A stretch of 64,000 bases of DNA from Mustelus asterias (lineage: Eukaryota): NCBI RefSeq assembly GCF_964213995.1, contig NW_027590179.1, positions 124,001-188,000 of the forward strand, in the 5' to 3' direction. Below are positions 49,478-62,099 of this stretch, piece by piece. Made by a program: the position numbers and the translations under genes. The notes under the pieces are model-generated. The model did no database searches and was not told the DNA's origin. It was given only the letters and a program-made list of their open reading frames with translations. Within the stretch, counting starts at the first letter, position 1. Every line of letters starts with the position of its first letter.

Positions 49478-52400
49478 AGGTTCGAGATTCTTGCTCCCTG
49501 TGTGGACAGGAACGGGTACTGCAGGGATGATGAACAATCTGGCCACGGCACCGTGGTACAGGGAGCCGTGCAAGTAGGGGGAGAAAAAATAAATGTAGTC
49601 GTAATTGGAAATAGTATAGTTAGGGGAATTCACACTGTTCTCTGTGACCAGAATCGAGAATCCCGAAACTTGTGTTGCCTGCCTGGTGCTCGGGTCCGGG
49701 ATATCTCATCAGGGCTGCAAAGGAACTTGGAGTGGGAGGGGAAAGACACAGTTGTCGTGGTCCACGTAGGTACCAATGACAGAGGTAGAACAAGAACAAA
49801 CTGCGAATTGAGTACGGACAGCTTGGAGCGAAATTCAAAAGCAGAACCAAAAAGGTGATAATCTGTGGATTGCTATCTGAGCCAGGAGCTAATCGGCACA
49901 GGGTACATAAGATTAAGGTGATAAATGCATCGCTCAAAGATAGGTGTGGAAGGAATAGGTTTGAATTCATAGGACATTGGCACCAGTGTTGGGGAAGAGG
50001 GGACCCGTTCCGATGGGATGGTCTTCATCTGAATCGTTCTGGGACTCGAGCCTTGACGAATGGTCCAACTAGGGTTGTAGAGAGGGCTTTAAACTAAATA
50101 GTGGGGCGGGGGTGGGGGGGTCAGTTATATGGAGAATTTTGAAATCAGAGTTAAAGGAGAGGTAGAAGTGAAGGTTTATGGAGCTGAGGGCTCAGGAGAG
50201 GTTAGTAAATTTTCCAGACCACGTAATACAACAGAGAGTATGGAAACTGGCAGGAACCTACGACCGAGCAAAAAAGATGACAAGTTTGATAGGGGAGGTG
50301 GTCAATTCAGGACAGAGGGCCTTGTACCAATATGGTATACTATATTGCAGTATACAGAACAAGATAAATGAGCTTTTTGTGCACATTGAAATTGGCTGGT
50401 ACGATGTTGTGATTATCACAGAGACGTGGCTGCAAGGGGATCAGGCTGGGACCTAAATATCCAAGGATATGTGTCCTATCAGAAGGACGGACAGATGGGC
50501 AAAGGGGGCGGGGTTGCATTGTTAGTCAGGAATGAAGTTAAATCGATGCCAAGAAGTGATATAGGAACAGAAGGCATAGAATGTTGGGAGAGTTGAGGAA
50601 TCGCAAAGCTAAAAAGACCCTGATGGGAGTTATGTACAGGCCCCCGAGCAGTTGTCAGGATGTGGGGCAGAAAATGAATCAGGAGATAGAAAAGGCATAT
50701 AAAAAGGCCAATATTACAATAAGCATGGGGGACTTCAATATGCAGGTGAACTGGAAAATCAGGTAGGTAGTGCATCCCAAGAAAAGGAATTTGTGGAATG
50801 TCTATGAGTTTTGTTTTGGAGCAGCTTGTGACAGAGCCTACTTGGGAACAGGCAATTCTGGATTTGGTAATGTGTAACGAGGCAGACTTGGTTAGGTAAC
50901 GTAAGGTGAAGGAACCCTGAGGGAGCAGTGACCACAATATGATAGAACGTACCCTGCAGTTTGAGAAGGAGAAGCTGGAAGCAGATGTAATGGTATTACA
51001 AATAAGGCAACGACAAAGGCATGAGGGAGGAGCTGGCCAAAGTTGATTGGAAAAGGAGCCTAGCAGGGAAGACAGTGGAATGGCACTGGCAGGAGTTTTT
51101 GAGAGTTATTCGGGAAGCGCAACAGAAATTCAACCCAAGGAGGAGGAAACATTCTAAGGGCGGGGGGAGGGGGCGGGGGGGGGGGGGGGGTGGTGGATGG
51201 GCGGGGGGGGGGGGGGGGGGGATGGGCGGTGGCTGATGCGGGACGAGGCATCCATGGCTGACGAGGGAAGTCAAGGAATGCATAAAAGCAAAAGAGACAT
51301 TCAAAGTGGAAAGGATTAGTGGGAAGCCAGAGGATTGGGAAGCCTTTAAAAGCTTTTTGAAAAGCTTTTTGAAAGACGCCAGTGGGATGCAACAGCTCTA
51401 AGAGAGTCAGCGAGCACAGGTGAATGTCGTGGCCATCTCTAAGGAGAAGGTTCTAGGGAAAATGAAAAGGTATGAAGGTGGATAAATCACCTGGACCGGG
51501 TGGACTACACCCCAGGGTTCTAAAAGAGGTGGCTGAGGAAAGTGTGGAGACATTGGTGGTGATCTTTCAGGAATCACTGGAGGCAGGGAGAGTACCAGAG
51601 GGCTGGAAAGTAGCTAATGTAACACCGCTGTTTACGAAGGGTGGGAGGCAGCAGACGGGAAATTATAGGCCGGTTAGCATAACGTCAGGCACTGGCAAGA
51701 TTTTAGATTCCATTATTAAAGATGAGATCGTGGAGTACTTGGATGCATGATAGATTAGGCCTGAATCAGCACGGTTTGTCAAGGGGTGGCCTTGTCTGTC
51801 AAATCTGTTAGAGTTCTTTGAGGCGGTAACAAGGAAGTAGATAAAGGAGAGCAAATGGACATGATTTATTTAGATATCCAGAAGGCCTTTGACAAGGTGC
51901 CGCATAGGAGAATGTTAAAGAAGTTAAGCGCCCATGGTGTTCAGCGTAAGATCCTGGCATGGATAGAGGATTGGATGACTGGCAGAGGCAGAGAATGGGG
52001 ATAAATGTGACTTTCTCAGAATGGCAACCGTTGACTGGTGGTGTGCCTCAGGGGTCACTGCTGTGACCACAACTTTTCATGAAATACATCAACGATTTGG
52101 AGGAAGGAGCTGAAGGCAGTGTTACTAAGTTTGCAGATGATATAAAGATACGTAGAGGGAAAGGTAATATTGAGGAAGCATGGGGGCTGCAGAAGGACTT
52201 GGACAGGTTAGGGGAGTGGGCAAAGAAGTGACAGATGGAATACAATGTCGAAAAGTATGAGGTTATGCACTTTGGAAGGAGGAATGGAGGCATAGTTTTT
52301 TTTTTCTAAATGAGAAAATGCTCAGGAAAACAGAAACACAAAGGGACTTGGGAGTCATTGTTCAAGATTCTCTTGAGGTTAACTTGCATGTTCAGTCGGC

Positions 52401-52546
52401 AGTTAGGAAGGCATTTGCAATTGGCATTCATTTCGAGAGGGTTAGAATACAAGAGCAGTGATGTACCTCTGAGGCTGTATAAGGCTCTGGTCAGAACCCA
52501 TTTAGAGTATTCTGAGCAGTTTTGGGCCCCATATCTAAGGAAGGAT

Positions 52547-53417
52547 AAGAAGATAAGAACTAGGAGCAGGAGTCGGTCATCGCGCCCCTCGCGCCTGCTC
52601 CGCCATTCAATAAGGTCAGGGCTGATCTTTTCGTGGACTCAGCTCCACTTACCCGCCCGCTCACCATAACCCTTAATTTCTTTACTGTTCACAAATTTAC
52701 CTATCCTTTTCTTAAAAACATTCAATGAGGTAGCATCAATTACTTCACTCAGCAGGGGACTCCACAGATGCACAACCCTTTGTGTGAAGAAGATCCTCCT
52801 CAACTCAATCCTAAATCTGCTCTCTCTTATTTTGAGGCCGTGCCCCCTAGTTCTCGTTTCACACACCAGTGGAAACAACTTCCCTGCTTCTATCTTATCT
52901 ACTCCCTTATTAATCTTATATGTTTCTGTAAGATCTCCCATCATTCTTCTGAATTCCAATGAGTATATCCCCAGTCTACTCAGTCTCTCCTCATAAGCCA
53001 AACCTCTCAACTTCGGAATCAATCTAGTGAATCTCATCTGCCCCCCCTCCAGTGCCAGTATATCCTTTCACAAGTAAGGAGACCAAACCTCTCCACAGTA
53101 CTCCAGATGTGGCCTCACCAGCACCCTATACAGCTGCAACATAACCTCGCTGTTTTTAACTCCATCCCTCTAGCAATGAAGGACAGAATTCCATTTGCCT
53201 TCTTAATTACCTGCAGCAGTCTTTGGTGCGGCACCCTGTCAAACGCCTTCTGAAAATCCAGATACACCACATCCACAGACTCCCCATTGTCCACTGTGCA
53301 TGCAATGTTCTCAAAGAATTCCAGCAAATTAGTCAAACATGACCTGCCCTTCATGAACCCATGCTGTGTCTTACCAATGGAACAGTTTATATCCAACCAA
53401 AGGGACAATTTATATCC
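52547..53417 (-). mobile_element. Nested CR1 with internal deletion
   Basis: ORFs 52639-53037 and 53115-53408. Confidence 0.9.
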
Positions 53418-53923
53418 AGGATGTGCTGGCCTTGGAAAGGGTCCGGAGGAGGTTCACAAGAGTGATCCCTGGAATGAAGAGCTTGTCGTATGAGGAACAG
53501 TTGAGGACTCTGAGTCTGTACTCGTTGGAGTTTAGAAGAAAGAGGGGGAATCTTATTGAAACGTATAAGATTCTGCGAGGCCTGGGTAGAGTGGACGTGG
53601 AGAGGATGATTCCTGTAGTAGGTAAACCTAGAACCAGAGGGCACCACATCAGGCTAAAGGGGCGATCCTTTAACACAGAGGTGAGGAGGAATTTCTTCAG
53701 CCAGATAGTCGTGAATCTGCAGAACTCTTTGCTGCAGAAAGCTGTGGAGGCCACGTCATTGAGTGTCTTAAGGGCAGAGAAAGATAGGTTATTAATTAAT
53801 AAGGGGATCGGGGTTATGCAGAAAAGGCAGGAGAATGGGGATGAGAAAAATATCCGCCATGATTGAATGGCGGAGCAGACTCGATGGGCCGAGTTCTGCT
53901 CCTCGGTCTTATGGTATAAGATT

Positions 53924-53936
53924 CCACTAGATGGCG
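53924..53936 (+). promoter_or_regulatory. CTCF consensus motif
   Basis: CCACTAGATGGCG. Confidence 0.5.
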
Positions 53937-55445
53937 TTCCATGACATCTGAGAACAAAACTTTCAGATCCGCCACTTCACCGCTGTTACAGGTGACGGCT
54001 GGAGTACGGGAAATACCTGGGCGTCGCGACACCAACACAAAACACATTTTATTCAGGACAAGAGCGTCTATGTGAATTATCGAAGCATCGACACAGAACC
54101 ATGTCTTCTGGACCAGAAGCTTGGGGTTCCAATCCCACTTCAGGGTCTTATGCCTGCAGAAAGTGTGATCCTTTTCCGATTCACAGGTTGATGATCAGCT
54201 TGTAAACTCTTCCAATCTACTTCATGACAGGTGGTAAGAGTGGGCGCGTTTCCCGATCGGTAATACTGCAGAGGTAATGGAAACGACTGCGGTACTTTGT
54301 CAGGCAAAGTCATTGCCCAATCCAATGGAAAAGTCTGGAAGATGTGAAGAGTGGCGCAGCAGTCTTTCAAATTGACTTTTATCAATCAGTGTATTCCAAT
54401 GTCACTGGGTAGCATGAATAAGACGTTTAGCACAGTGCTACTAATCAACGTCGGTCCTCAGTGTAGCATAAAGAGAGAGAGAGAGACAGAGAGAGAGAAA
54501 GAGAAAGAGGTATCCATTTGGATACTGTTTGTGACAAGATCGAAGTAACCCGGAAATTCCTTTACTCTAGGGTCAGAATTATAGTCCTTTTTGAGAGATA
54601 ATTAAACATTCCCACTGTTCTCTGCGTTAATAAAGTTTCTAACATAACAGCAGTGACTACACTGGTAATGAGCTTCCGGCAGTTAGAAAGTGTTTTGGGG
54701 CATATGGAATCTGTAAAAGCCGCAATAAAAGTAAAATAGTTGTTGTTTTCGAGTGAAATTTGATTCTAGAAGCTAAATTCGTTGTCCTCCTGTTTCTACG
54801 GGGCACCGTGAACTTTATTTTTAATTTTATTGTTTCTATTTCAATTTTTTTCCTGGATTGTTTGAGTGAGCTGTCGCGACCTCCTGGAATTTTGAGGATT
54901 CCGTCCCCAGTCGGGTCAGAGATTCTTTCCGTTCCACAGGACACCGGGAGTCAGTCAGGAAAAACACTCCGGGATCTTACCGAGGAGACAGTGCAGTGGT
55001 CAGGAACTGCTGCACCGTCAGAGCTGCCAGCCTCTTGGTGACCTATTAAATCGAGGACACCGTCTTCCTTCTCAGGTGGACGTGATGCATCGCATGGCCA
55101 TTGTTTCCAAGAAGACAAGGAGAAATGCATGTTTGACAATCACAATCACGGAAACAGACAGAACACTGCAATATTACTGGATGAAATGATATGCTGAGTG
55201 CAAATTGCCTGCTGTGTTTTCCATCGTGACGGGGAAACACTTTGGGACATCAAACTCTATATATATACTAATGTAAATTCTTTAAACTGTCGCCATTTCG
55301 TTATTCCGGTCATATATTTATTATTAATGAAAACATATTCCAGAATTAAAAGTTTGAGAAATCACCACGATTTCAGTTTCCATTTCTGACTCACTCTGAT
55401 CACAACCTTTGCCGAACGCTCTGCTATTTTGGGTGAGGCTCTGAG

Positions 55446-55786
55446 AGTCTTTGTACCGGTTCAGCCTTGCTCTGTGTGTCTCTGGGACTCGGTGCACAGT
55501 AATACACCCCGGAGTCTGCCAGCTCTGTTTTAGACACTTTCAGCGGGCCAGTGCGTGTTGCATCATTGAGCTCCGGTGTAAAACGGTCCCCTGGCGATCT
55601 CTGTGTGTCCTCGCTGTATCTATATCTCAACAGTAGATACTCCATGGAGCCGCTAGATTACTGACGGTCCAGATAAGTAAGGAGTGTTACTTGAAGTTGA
55701 ATAATTACCGAACAACTGAACATCATCTCCTTCAGTGACTGTGACCGCTGCCGGTGCCTGTGAAACAGAATCTCCTCCACAATGTC
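55446..55786 (-). pseudogene. TCR-type V segment F with degenerate RSS
   Basis: GGDSVSQAPAAVTVTEGDDVQLFGNYST..(frameshift)..GDRFTPEL..LADSGVYYCAP, then CCCAGAG-25-ACAAAGACT. Confidence 0.85.
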
Positions 55787-56399
55787 CTGTATGAACCCAA
55801 AGAAATATTAAACTAAATAAAAAGACTTCATTCTGTCCCCAAAACATCACCCCCCACTCCCCTCCTCCCCCCCCCCCCCCGCCCCCCGCCCAACCACTGA
55901 ATCAGCCGTCAGCTTGAACAATAATCGCAGAGAGAAACAACGCAGTTCAGCGGCTGGAGCGGGAGGTGCTTGCGGTGATTAAATAAAACTTCCATCGTAA
56001 ACATTCTATTCTTTCTAACGAGATCAGGTCCTCACCTTCAGTCCCTATAACTTGAAACTGCTCACTGTTTGTGTGTTTGAAGTTTGATGTTTGCCAAAGT
56101 CATTTACTGGTATCAGAGGAGCTTGAATTTCAGCCCAACTCATTATCTCTCATTCCCAGGGCGAAATTAGCCTAATCCCAACTGTGCAGCGTTGAGACCA
56201 GCGAGATCCAGATAACATTTCGATGTTGGGATCAATCCACTCCCCGAATACCCACCCCTCCCCCTTGCAGTGAGCGAACTGCCCGGCAGAATATACTGAG
56301 TGGTTACGATGTGTAACACAGAGTTGAGCAACTTGTGAATTTACCGGTTAAAAGAGCTGCCACTGTGAGGAATAATTAACTGGAGACATGTTTGCAGAG

Positions 56400-56885
56400 A
56401 GCTCGCGGCGGATTTGACCAGAGCGGGTTGAAGCTGAAGTTGTTTTGGTCAAGAGTTGGGAAGACGTTGAGTCACATCCAGGCCCCTGTTTATTGGTTTA
56501 CTGAAAACGTCATCAGATGACATCCTATCGGCTTCTAGTTCTTTTGTTCTTCAATGCACCAATGATCTCGCAGCTCCTTTATCTGCAATTCGTCCTATTG
56601 GCGGAGAGATGAAAGGAGTAAAATGAATTTGGACATCAAACGAAAGGGAATTACTTCCTCTTCAACTGCCATTTTAGCAACAGACTGATCCCGAGTCCTG
56701 ATGGCTCTCTTCTGACATGGAGAATGACAATATCCATCCTTACAGCAACATGAGAAGCAGTTTGTTATTAATCCTGTTTGGCATAGCAGGAGTGGTGCAG
56801 GGGAGGATGATTTTGTTTAGTTGGAACATCTACTTGATAAGAAATGATAGAATAATGAATGGTCTGAGATATTTCCTTATGATGT
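56400..56885 (-). pseudogene. Heavily decayed V segment H, paralogue of G
   Basis: After acceptor gtcag: ESHQDS/DQSVAKMAVEE/GSN..ADRMSS parallels V-G. Leader, intron and promoter motif also similar. Confidence 0.5.
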
Positions 56886-57820
56886 TCCCTCAATTTGTAA
56901 CTTTGCAGTGTGTGAAATCCTCTTTCAGAGTCGAAAACAACTTGCCCCCCCCCCCCCGCCCCCCGCCATTGGACTGCTGATCCAAAGAGTGCCAAACAGG
57001 ATAAAGCAGCAAAGATGAATATCTACAATAAAATCTCTAACAAAACAGCACATGTGAGGCTGATCAGAGTTAGAACAGCACAGGAAAGCTGTGGGTGGGA
57101 GTTGCCATCGGCAGTGTGGTCACAGGTAGGATTTATCTGCAAAGAGCTGAGCTCAATAACAATGTCACTTTGGAAATTCTATAATTTTCCCTCTCTGTAA
57201 GATCGGCAGCTCAATTTTCATTCCATACTGCGGACCAGCAGGTTCGCACCAAGAGTGTTAGGGTTTGTAAATGATTCAATACAAAGCGAAATCTTCATCA
57301 GTCATGTGGATGGAAAGCGGGACCGAATAGCTGAGTAGCAGATTGGAGAGGTTCTGAATTAAAGGACAAGGTAACAGAAAAAGCATTAAATGTTTGCGTT
57401 TAAGACTGGGAATGGAAATGGGCATAATTTTCACAAATCAGTAACGACAAGAGCAGTCAGGAACAAATAGGCAGAGAAAGGCGTGGAAAACCATTTAATG
57501 TATCTCAGATCGATTCTACAATCTTATACCAATTAGGTTCATTTGCCATGCTAAATTAACCCTAGTGTAAGGGGGAATCAATGGGGTTACGGGAAAGGGC
57601 CTGGGTTGGTTTGTTGTCGGCGCAGACTCGATGGACTGAATGGCCTTCTTCGGCACTGAAGGGATTCTATGATTCTACAACTGTAAGTTACGATCATTAA
57701 TTAATACAACTGTGCAACTGGACAACACCACTTGCTGTTTTTCAGTGTTGTTTTTGTGTTGCAATGTTGAGAATCTCCGTCACTCTCTCTGTGGAAACTG
57801 AATTAGCCGCTCGTGTGTGA

Positions 57821-57834
57821 GCGCACCCTGCTGG
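57821..57834 (-). promoter_or_regulatory. CTCF-like motif 25 bp beyond the V-G nonamer
   Basis: CCAGCAGGGTGCGC. Confidence 0.5.
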
Positions 57835-57859
57835 AAACTAACTAGAACTGCCAGTGTGG

Positions 57860-58391
57860 GGTTTTTGCACCGCATTCGATATATCTCTGCAGCAGCGTGG
57901 GCTCCATGGCACAGAAATACACGGCGCTGCCGAAAATCAGTGCGTTCATGATCGTTAGCTCGCTAGTGTTGTTATTTTTAAATCAAATTTAGAAGAAACC
58001 CGATCATCGATGTTGGTATTCCTTTGCACGTTCTCTCCAATAAGCTGAAATATGTCCACTGGAGCTGACTATAACAGTACACATAAGGATTAGAATGGCT
58101 AGTTTCCAAGGTGCAGGTTAGTATCACGTTACTTTCCTCCTTAACCGATATTTCAGGACCCAGTTGTTCCACTTTGTCTTGGTGGCTCCATTCTAACAGA
58201 AATAACAACAATAATGACAATCCGAGTCAGCCTCATATTGAGCGATACAATTATCATCTCCGCCGTCACTGCTGTTTTAACAATAACATCTGGGTTGCAG
58301 CAGTCAGGAGGAGCATGTAGTTTTACTGGGAAGGAAAAAACTTACTGAGGACTGAGATAATGATGAGGATCTGAGCGAGTCAGTTCTCCAT
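57860..58391 (-). pseudogene. TCR-type V segment G (leader 58346-58391, V exon 57900-58192, RSS 57860-57899)
   Basis: Leader MEN*LAQILIIISVL with GTAAGT. DKVEQ..VILTCTL..GSAVYFCAME with frameshifts. CACGCTG-24-GCAAAAACC. Confidence 0.85.
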
Positions 58392-59654
58392 GATCATCCT
58401 TAGTCTATAACTCATCAGTGAGGGAAATCCTCCATCAGAGACACAAATACAGATCCCCGTCCCATTGCACTGCTTATCCAACCAATGAGAGGAATGGTGC
58501 AACGCCAACAATCTGTCCAATCACACAATCGGGTCAGAGTGAGAACAGCAAACGGAAGCTGTGGGCGGGGTACCGCAGATTCAATATTGAGTGAAGCGTG
58601 CGGTGACTCTCAGCGGCACTCGGAACTGTTGGACGGAAATAGAGCCAGTTGAATCTACAGAAGTCTCTTATCATCCTGCGCCGACTCACTTTTCAGGGTG
58701 TCCAACAATAAATAAAGCGACTGCGACATGAAGCAACGAGAACCATAGAATCTTTGAAAGGCAAATTGGTCATCCGGCGTATCTATGTTTCCTTGGAGGA
58801 GTTCTCCAAATCATCCAATTCTCCCCGCAGCTCCGTGAAATCTCTGCTTAACTAACTTTGCTCTCAAGAGTACAAGCCCGGTCTCTATAACCTCACCACA
58901 AAACTGAATTTCCTCATCCCTGGAAAGGCGGAGGATTGAGCGGAGACTTTGTAAAATATTGTCAGTTGGCAGATGGGGAAAATGGAGTAGGAAGCAAACC
59001 AGAAAACACTGCCCTCAGCTTTGCGAATCTTTAGAAACTGTTTGGGAACTGGAATCAGAGGAGATTGAAGGGTGGACTGTCTGACTGAGCAGAGACAATC
59101 AAGGCAACCTTCCCTTCTTTAAGAGGCTGGAACTTTGATTCCGATGTTATCAGTAAAAATAACTGATCAGAGACATTGAAAGGATTCTCGTTCCTGCACA
59201 TCAGCAATTCAAATCTAATATCAATTTCGGAATAGTCAGAATATTTGGTTTCAGACAAGACACCGAAAAGGCTTGAATGGAGACGGCACCGGTTGTTGGA
59301 GAGCCGGTTCCCGATGACATGGATGTGTCTGCAATGGGGGGTCTCTGACTATTAGACGTAACTTGTGTCTGCAGCTAACCCATTAGAAATCCGTTCAATT
59401 ATTCCATTCTCACCAACCCATAAATTATTCTCTCTTACTCAGTTACACAGTTAATGAGACAGGGGAAAGCAGCAATATTTCAGTCTCCCCCATCTCCAAA
59501 CACCCCCTGCCGGCAAAAAGCACTGGCGATTTAGCTGCATAAGTTTTCTAAGAAATGGTGAAGACCAATGGGTGTCAATATTTTGATTGATCCCCTTTTC
59601 AGTTCACATTTAACCATAAACTGGAATTCGGAAACTTCAGAGCAGGGAGTTTTG

Positions 59655-61020
59655 ATAACAAAACTGGCAGGACTTGCAGATAGTGAGGAACATTGTCAGA
59701 GGCTACAGAAGGATATAGATAGGCTGGAAATTTGGGCAAGGAAATGGCAGATGGAGTTCAATGCTGATAAATGCGAAGTGATGCATTTTGGTGGGAATAA
59801 TGTAGGGAGGAGCTACACGATAAATGGAAGAACCATAAAGGGTGTAGAGATGCAGAGGGACCTGGGTGTGCAAGTCCACAGATCTTTGAAGGTGACGTCA
59901 CAGGTGGAGAAGGTGGTGAAGAAGGCATATGGCATGCTTGCCTTTATAGGACGGGGCATAGAGTATAAAAGTTGGGGTCTGATGTTGCAGATGTATAGAA
60001 CGTTGGTTCGGCCGCATTTGGAATACTGCGTCCAGTTCTGGTCGCCACACTACCAGAAGGACGTGGAGGCTTTGGAGAGAGTGCAGAGGAGGTTTACCAG
60101 GATGTTGCCTGGTATGGAGGGGCTTGGTTATGAGGAGAGATTGGGGAAACTGGGGTTGTTCTCCTTGGAAAGACGGAGGATGAGGGGAGACTTAATAGAG
60201 GTGTATAAAATTATGAAAGGCATAGATAGGGTGAACGGTGGGAAGCTTTTCCCCGGGTCGGTGGTGACGTTCACGAGGGGTCATAGGTTCAAGGTGAAGG
60301 GGGGGAGGTTTAACACAGATATCAGAAGGACATATTTCACACAGAGGGTCGTGGGGGCCTGGAATGTGTTGCCGGGCAAGGTGGTGGAGGCGGACACACT
60401 GGGAACGTTTAAGACTTATCTAGACAGCTATATGAACGGAGTGGGAATGGAGGGATACAAAAGAGTGATCTAGTTTGGACCAGGGAGCGGCGCGGGCTAA
60501 TTGTTCCTGTTTTCTCGTTTCAAGGCTTCATTCTACGATCATCTTGCTGGTGCCAGTACAGAGTGAGACTCCGGATAGTTGGGAACCTGTCTCGGGGGCA
60601 GGGGATTCATATGGTGTTCGTGGAAGTGGAAATGACTAGGGTTGGGAAGCATTTTCCGATCGGGGCCATTGTGATCTCCTGGACTCGTTTCGATCGCCTC
60701 AGGGGGTCGGAGAGGAATTTCCCAGATTTTTTTTCCCCATATTGGCCCTGGGGTTTTTCACTCTGGGTTTTCGCCTCTCCCTGGAGATCACATGGTCTGG
60801 AATGGGGGGGTGGGGGTAAGTTAATAGGTTGTAATGAACAAAGCATCGTAGCTGTGAGGGACAGCTCGGTGGATAGGATATTGGTATGTAGATAGGCTGG
60901 AAAATTGGGCGGGGATCCTGGATTCAGGATTCAATCCTGGACCGGGGAGCGGCGCGGGCTTGGAGGGCCGAAGGGCCTGTTCCTGTGCTGTATTGTTCTT
61001 TGTTCTTTGTTCTTTGTTCT
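59655..61020 (+). mobile_element. CR1 3' part with extended 3'UTR
   Basis: ORF 59568-60473 (RT C-terminal region), (TTCTTTG)n tail. Confidence 0.95.
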
Positions 61021-61276
61021 TGTTTGTACCCCGGTTATTGCCTGGGACCTGCACAAATATGAATAGAATGTGATAACACCTTCAATACAGAAAGTCCGCT
61101 GAGGACAAAAGCGACTGGTTTAGAAGGTCAAACCGTGCAGTCTGATTCAACATCAGAACCTGATTTGTGGAAGTACAATTCGGCTCGAAACCCTTTCTTT
61201 CATGCGGCAGAGAAATTCATCTAACATTAGAATCATAAAATGACATTTGCACCTTTTTTTCTCTTTTGCCATGTCA

Positions 61277-61527
61277 AGGTGGTACAGTGGTCAGCACTGC
61301 TATCTCACAGCGCTAAAGACCCAGGCTCAATTCCCAGCTTTGGTCACTGTCTGTGTGGCGCTTGCACGTTCGCCCCGTGTCTGCATGGGTTTCTTCTCAC
61401 AGCCTGAAAGACGTGCTGGTTATGTGCATTGACCGCAACAGGCGCTGGAGTCTCGCGACTAAGGAATTTAACAGTGTCTTCATTGAAGTATAAGCCTTAC
61501 TTGTAACTAATAAATAACTTTACTTTA
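61277..61527 (+). mobile_element. Old V-SINE
   Basis: Degenerate tRNA head and V domain. Confidence 0.7.
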
Positions 61528-61811
61528 AATGAGCATTTTGCAGAATATTATTTAACACTTGGAAATGCAACTGCAGTTAGGCTGAGAGATAATGTTTTCT
61601 GTCAATATTTAATAACAAACGGAAATGAGGTAACTTTTCCTCACACTGAGAGATGAGGAAGTTTGAACACTGTTGTTGTCCTATTTCACACAGGGAACCA
61701 TTAACATGTTAGGTGAATTTATTAAACACCACACTTCAGAAACAGAGAATACATGACTCTGAAGTACAATCATACAGCACGGTTCGACATTCCAGTCAGT
61801 TGTCGAGCATC

Positions 61812-61884
61812 GTTTTTGTAGTGTAGTGTTTATCACATTCATCTGACACACGAAAGGTTCCCAGTTCCAAAACAGGTGGAAACA
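61812..61884 (+). pseudogene. tRNA-Val pseudogene (anticodon reads GAC)
   Basis: 73 nt, colinear with Val. Internal T5 run and damaged boxes. Confidence 0.75.
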
Positions 61885-62099
61885 TTTATACATACTTTTA
61901 ACCTCAGAGAGAGGAAAAGAACAATAATTCACGCTAATTGCTGAATAAGTATGTTACACAGAGTTGCATTTTCCCCTCCCCTCCACATTTCTGTACACAC
62001 TCAAACCCGACAGAATATCTTGAACTGGTTACCGTTTCCAGCTCTCACTATTCAGAAAGTTTCTCTCAAACTTGCACATTCGGGTTTTTTCATTTGTTC

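Larger units (their letters stand above)
46915..53915 (+). mobile_element. Full-length decayed CR1 (5'UTR, ORF1 Zn-finger/zipper plus SGNH esterase, ORF2 APE-RT) hosting nested CR1s
   Basis: CCSCMMWE..CSNC (47625). VIGNSIVRG..VHVGTND..DGLHLN (49600-50030). ITETWL, MGDFN, NYRPVS downstream. Confidence 0.9.

Noticed and set aside
54085-54147. tRNA-Leu-like T arm GGTTCCAATCCCACT
   Set aside because: No matching 5' half
56361-56367. Perfect heptamer near V-H
   Set aside because: No nonamer at 12 or 23 bp, and further from the exon start than expected
7472-58391. V segments as IgH/IgNAR cluster or NAR-TCR
   Set aside because: No nearby D/J with 12-RSS or C exons seen; WYRQ and DSVxQ framework with YYCAxR ends fit TCR alpha/delta better. 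Exact alpha versus delta assignment is not possible by eye.
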